Shown here piece after piece: positions 60,503-64,000 of a stretch of DNA of 64,000 nt. Both the position numbers and the translations under genes were made by a program. Within the stretch, counting starts at the first letter, position 1, and every line of letters begins with the position of its first letter. The stretch is from assembly GCA_029717555.1 (NCBI GenBank), contig JAMDHS010000039.1:124001-188000 (forward strand), read 5' to 3'. This stretch comes from Peribolospora baueri. Taxonomy: Eukaryota. The notes below the pieces were generated by a model that saw nothing but the letters and a program-made list of their open reading frames with translations, did no database searches and was not told where the DNA came from.

Positions 60503-62434
60503 TCAGCGCCCCCTGTCCGACCCTTCCCAAAGCTTCTTCAAAATGTTGTTACATCCACCATCCAGCTGCGCGTGGTTCGTCGTCGTGTCCTTGCCCATGT
60601 CCTGACCCGGCGTCGGCATCGGCATCGGCGGACGAGGTGCTGCTGCTGGGACCGGCCGCATCGTTTGCGCTTGCGGCGGCAGCGCCGGAGCATAACCGGA
60701 ATACTGCGGCGGCGGCGGCGGCGGCGGCTGCTGCTGCTTCTTCTTGAGCACGTTTATCCTCGGTGGAGATGAGCGCGATGACGAGCTCGATCCAGAGTCC
60801 TTCGGAGGCAGAGGCGGCGTGGACGAGGCAGAGTGATCTCGGGAGTGGGAGTGGGAGTGGGAGTGAGAGTGTGGTCGAGATGAGGCTGGGCGCGATGGCG
60901 GTTCGAGTTCGGGCATGGCCTCGCGCGAGAGGAAGATGGTGAGCGAGTTGGGAGGGATATACGCCGACGCCGGCGATTTGCTATGAAAGCGGACGGACGG
61001 ACGGCCGGCCAAGGGAGTGGTAGTTGAGATCAGGGCGATCTAGATGCGAGTTCGTTCGCTACTCACCCTTTCGCGTCTGGGTCATCGAGGACGATCCGTT
61101 TGGGCTTCCTCTCTTGGACCGTTTCCCTCCTCCTTAGCTCCATCTCTTCCGGCACGACGCTATCGCAATCGCGTGGAGAGCGATTCAGCATTCGATCTAT
61201 CCTACCGGGAGGACCATCTCGTACTCACTATTGGTGCAACTCCTCCTGTCTAGCCTTCCATCTCGTCGCTTTCACCTCGGCGGCGATGGAGACGAGCTTG
61301 GGCACGGTGTCAGGCGAGCGAGCGCGTAGGATGATGAAGAGCAGGCTCTTGTCCGACGCGAACAGCTCGTCCGCTCGAGCGACATACTCGGGCACTTCGC
61401 CGAAAGGGCGCACTATGATCTCGTTGGGCTCATGGGAAATGTGCATCTCCATTCGAAAGGGTGAAAAAGAAGGCATTTGAGCGTCGGGTCCAGGTGCGGA
61501 CAGGTGCGGCGCATGGCTCACGTTGGATCCCTTGGCGAGACCGTCGTTGCTCGCGGTAGTCGGCGAACTCGTAATAAACTCGTTCTCCACATCCTTCTTG
61601 CCCTCATCCCAAGCTGTGTCCTGAAGGGAGAAGAGGGTGGTGAGGAGGACGATCTCGAGGCCTGGACGGTCAAAGGACGGCGGACACGAGGGGGGATCAG
61701 GATGAGCGCGTCAACGACCGGCTCCCCGACATGCCATCGGCAGGGCCAAAGTCAGAGACGACGACGACGACGACGACGGCCACCCACCCTTCTTGTCATG
61801 AATATCAAACCTCGCCAGATTATAGTCCAACATTTGAAAGCTCGCGTCCCTGCTCTTGCTCGAAGGCCGGTACATGGCCACGGCGACGGCGGGATCGGGA
61901 CGGCGGAGGATGTGGCAGATGTACTGCGTCTTACCGCCGAAGCCGGACTCGCGCCGCCATTCGTAGCGTTCGCTGGCGAGAAGGGGCGCGTGTCAAGGTG
62001 ATGCAAGAGACGGGGAGACGGGAAAACGGTACGACCAACACGGAACAGTGCACTGCACTCACCCCTCCCAGTCAAAGCTCCACTCGAACACGAACGTGCC
62101 GGTCTGCTTGAACTCGAAGCTCAAGTTAGGGTTGTGCAGCTGCACACGCTTCGATTTGGCGCCGGAGCTCTGCGCCTCAAGGGTGGCGAGGACGGCGCCG
62201 GAGAGAGAATCCTCGAGGGAGATAGCGTAGAAGGAGGTGCGCGCGCGCGCCTTGGTGTAGATTTTCTGCTGCGACGCCTCTTCCACCTGGCGCGACGAGA
62301 TGCGGTTTCAGCGCGGCGCCCTTCGAACCTTGCTCTCCCGCTCGCTTCGATGCCACACTCACCAAGTCGACGATACCGAAGTTATCGTGACGGCGCTGAT
62401 AGAGCAGAGTGTAGAGGTTCTTGTCCAAGCTCAT
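60503..62434 (-). CDS. Conserved-looking hypothetical protein (multi-exon)
   Basis: Spliced frame MSLDKNLYTL..|..KSKRVQLHNP..FEWSFDWE..PDPAVAVAMY..QMLDYNLARFDIHDKK|GLEIVLLTTLFSLQD..LFIILRA..EELHQ|..YIPPNSLTIFLSREAMPELEP, with canonical splice sites. Confidence 0.75.
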
Positions 62435-62822
62435 GGGCGGGGGTCGCTGGAGGGGTATGCGTCGGAGGGAGGGGTATAAACGATGAGAGACGGCGGACGG
62501 AGTGCAGGAATAGGGAGGGGTGGATAAAAGAGAGAGGCAGAAGGGAGGAACGGAAGAGGAGGCAGTCTGGAGAAGGGACGACGTTTTTCTCATCCACGCC
62601 TAGCCGACCGACCGACCGCCGTGCAACTCATCACCCGCACCACCACCACCACATGGCCACCGGCGAGCTGCGGCACCGCTGTTGCTGCCGCTGACGACGC
62701 TATGCTTGTCCACACGTCACTCACTGATCCGCACAGCCTCGTCTTGCTTGCACAGCACCGCACGACAAACAAATTCCGGCGGGGTAACAATTGCACATCG
62801 CATCGCGACCGCTTCCCCGCCC

Positions 62823-62867
62823 ACCAGACCAGACCAGACCTGACTTGACCAGACCAGACCAGACCAG
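62823..62867. repeat. (CCAGA)n pentanucleotide repeat
   Basis: Directly visible tandem array. Confidence 0.85.
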
Positions 62868-63127
62868 AGCGGACGAAAAGGATTGAGTGAAGTAAGCTGT
62901 CCAAGGGCGGATGGATATCTATCTATATGGGAATGCAGTTTTGTACGCGACGAGTACGAACGGAGGGATCCATAGTGAGTGAGTGGGTCGGTCAATGGAG
63001 GGTGGCTGCATGGATTCGTATTCGTAGGTGTCGATAGTGGATGGTGGATGGTAGATAGATGGATGGATGGATGAAGAAGAAGAAATGTGCCGAGCTTTCC
63101 CTCGAACTGAGGATGTTCGGAAGCCCC

Positions 63128-64000
63128 TCATCTCGCCTCCAAGATCCCCTCGGCCGGCTTTCTGAGGTGCTCCGGCAGCGTAGCGATGAGCCTCCTAGCC
63201 TGCTCGCTCAGCCTCTCCCTCTGTGCTTCCCTCGCCGCCCGGCGCCGTCTTTCCTCCACCTCTGTCTCCGCCCCCTGCACCCCCCCGCTGGCCGTCGTCT
63301 TGCGCGCCGACGATTCCCGTGAGCTCGATCGGCCTGGACCGCCGACGGAAGCTCGCTCTGCCGGGTCTTCCTGGTCCAGCTGGGAATAGACGTGAAGGGG
63401 TCGTAGACCGCTTCCTTCCTCGTCCTCCTCGTCCTCGTCCTCCTCCCCGCCCTCGTCGCCCCGTCCGTCCTCGTTACGGAGCACCTCCGCCGATTCCCCA
63501 TCAAGCCAATCGTGCGCGGGCGAAGCGGGAGGCGAGACGTCAGGCGACGACGGCGAGTCGCCGCCGCTATGCGAGATGCTCGGCACCGGACTAGCCCCGG
63601 AGCTCGCGGAGCCCGCCCCTGCCCCCACCCCGGCGCTCGTGCCGACGAGACGAGGCGCGCCGGCGTTGGCGCTGCCCGTACCCCGTCCATCGCGCGGAAA
63701 CGGAAGCAAGCGAGAGCGGCGGGACGTAGACGTACTGGCAGAAGACATGTGCGCCGCCGAAGCCGAAGCCGAAGGGCCGACGGTGCGCCAAGGACGGTCG
63801 GACAAGAAGGACGAGGACTGGCCGTCAAGGGCGGCGCCGGCGGGCGAGCGGCGAGGCGACACGAGGGTGGAGAAGCTGGACGTGGACATCGAGTCAGGCA
63901 AGACGCTGGCGCTTTGGTCGCGCAGCTCGTCCTCGACGAGCTTGATCTCGTCCCTAATCCTGCTGATCAAATCCACCACCTCGACCTCGCTCATCGTCCT
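63128..64000 (-). CDS. 3' part of a hypothetical protein running off the window
   Basis: Open frame of at least 288 codons, with helical ends (DLISRIRDEIKLVEDELRDQ; RREAQRERLSEQARRLIATLPEHLRKPAEGIL*) flanking a Ser/acidic low-complexity linker. Confidence 0.65.
   Translation of the reverse strand, partial: RTMSEVEVVDLISRIRDEIKLVEDELRDQSASVLPDSMSTSSFSTLVSPRRSPAGAALDGQSSSFLSDRPWRTVGPSASASAAHMSSASTSTSRRSRLLPFPRDGRGTGSANAGAPRLVGTSAGVGAGAGSASSGASPVPSISHSGGDSPSSPDVSPPASPAHDWLDGESAEVLRNEDGRGDEGGEEDEDEEDEEGSGLRPLHVYSQLDQEDPAERASVGGPGRSSSRESSARKTTASGGVQGAETEVEERRRRAAREAQRERLSEQARRLIATLPEHLRKPAEGILEAR

Noticed and set aside
1..64000. Transposons, tRNA/rRNA genes, riboswitches
   Set aside because: No transposase, RT or integrase motifs, terminal repeats, cloverleafs or TPP-aptamer signatures were recognised by eye. 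A covariance-model scan would be needed to exclude small RNAs.

Overview
Intron-rich fungal genomic DNA, most likely a basidiomycete. This is inferred from short GT-AG introns, CTRAC-type branch sites and the gene content; no database search was possible. About 20 protein-coding loci can be spliced by eye: a cohesin-loader (MAU2/Scc4-like) 3' end, CDC4-like F-box/WD40, an NDUFAF7/MidA-family methyltransferase head-to-head with TIM44, a 10-exon 93-aa CYSTM-type Cys-rich protein, Djp1/Caj1-type DnaJ, a TcuA/CobZ-like flavoprotein, THP3/LENG8-like SAC3/GANP, a CodA-like amidohydrolase, a PPPDE-thioredoxin-PUL fusion, a long HMG-box factor, an ML/NPC2-like protein, TAF10, WSS1, a VTC1/DUF202 protein, a second F-box protein, a fungal ADAM protease and several hypotheticals. 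The CYSTM gene is essentially invisible in the ORF track. There are two clear pseudogenes: a cytochrome P450 with its catalytic core deleted, and a 5'-truncated GH3 beta-glucosidase with several lesions. Weaker relics or spliced non-coding transcripts also appear. From about 31 kb onward the sequence looks more GC-rich and much denser in microsatellites. No rRNA, tRNA, CRISPR array or recognisable transposon was seen, and no convincing novel multi-gene system was found. Family calls come from remembered motifs; spans run from start to stop codon and include introns.
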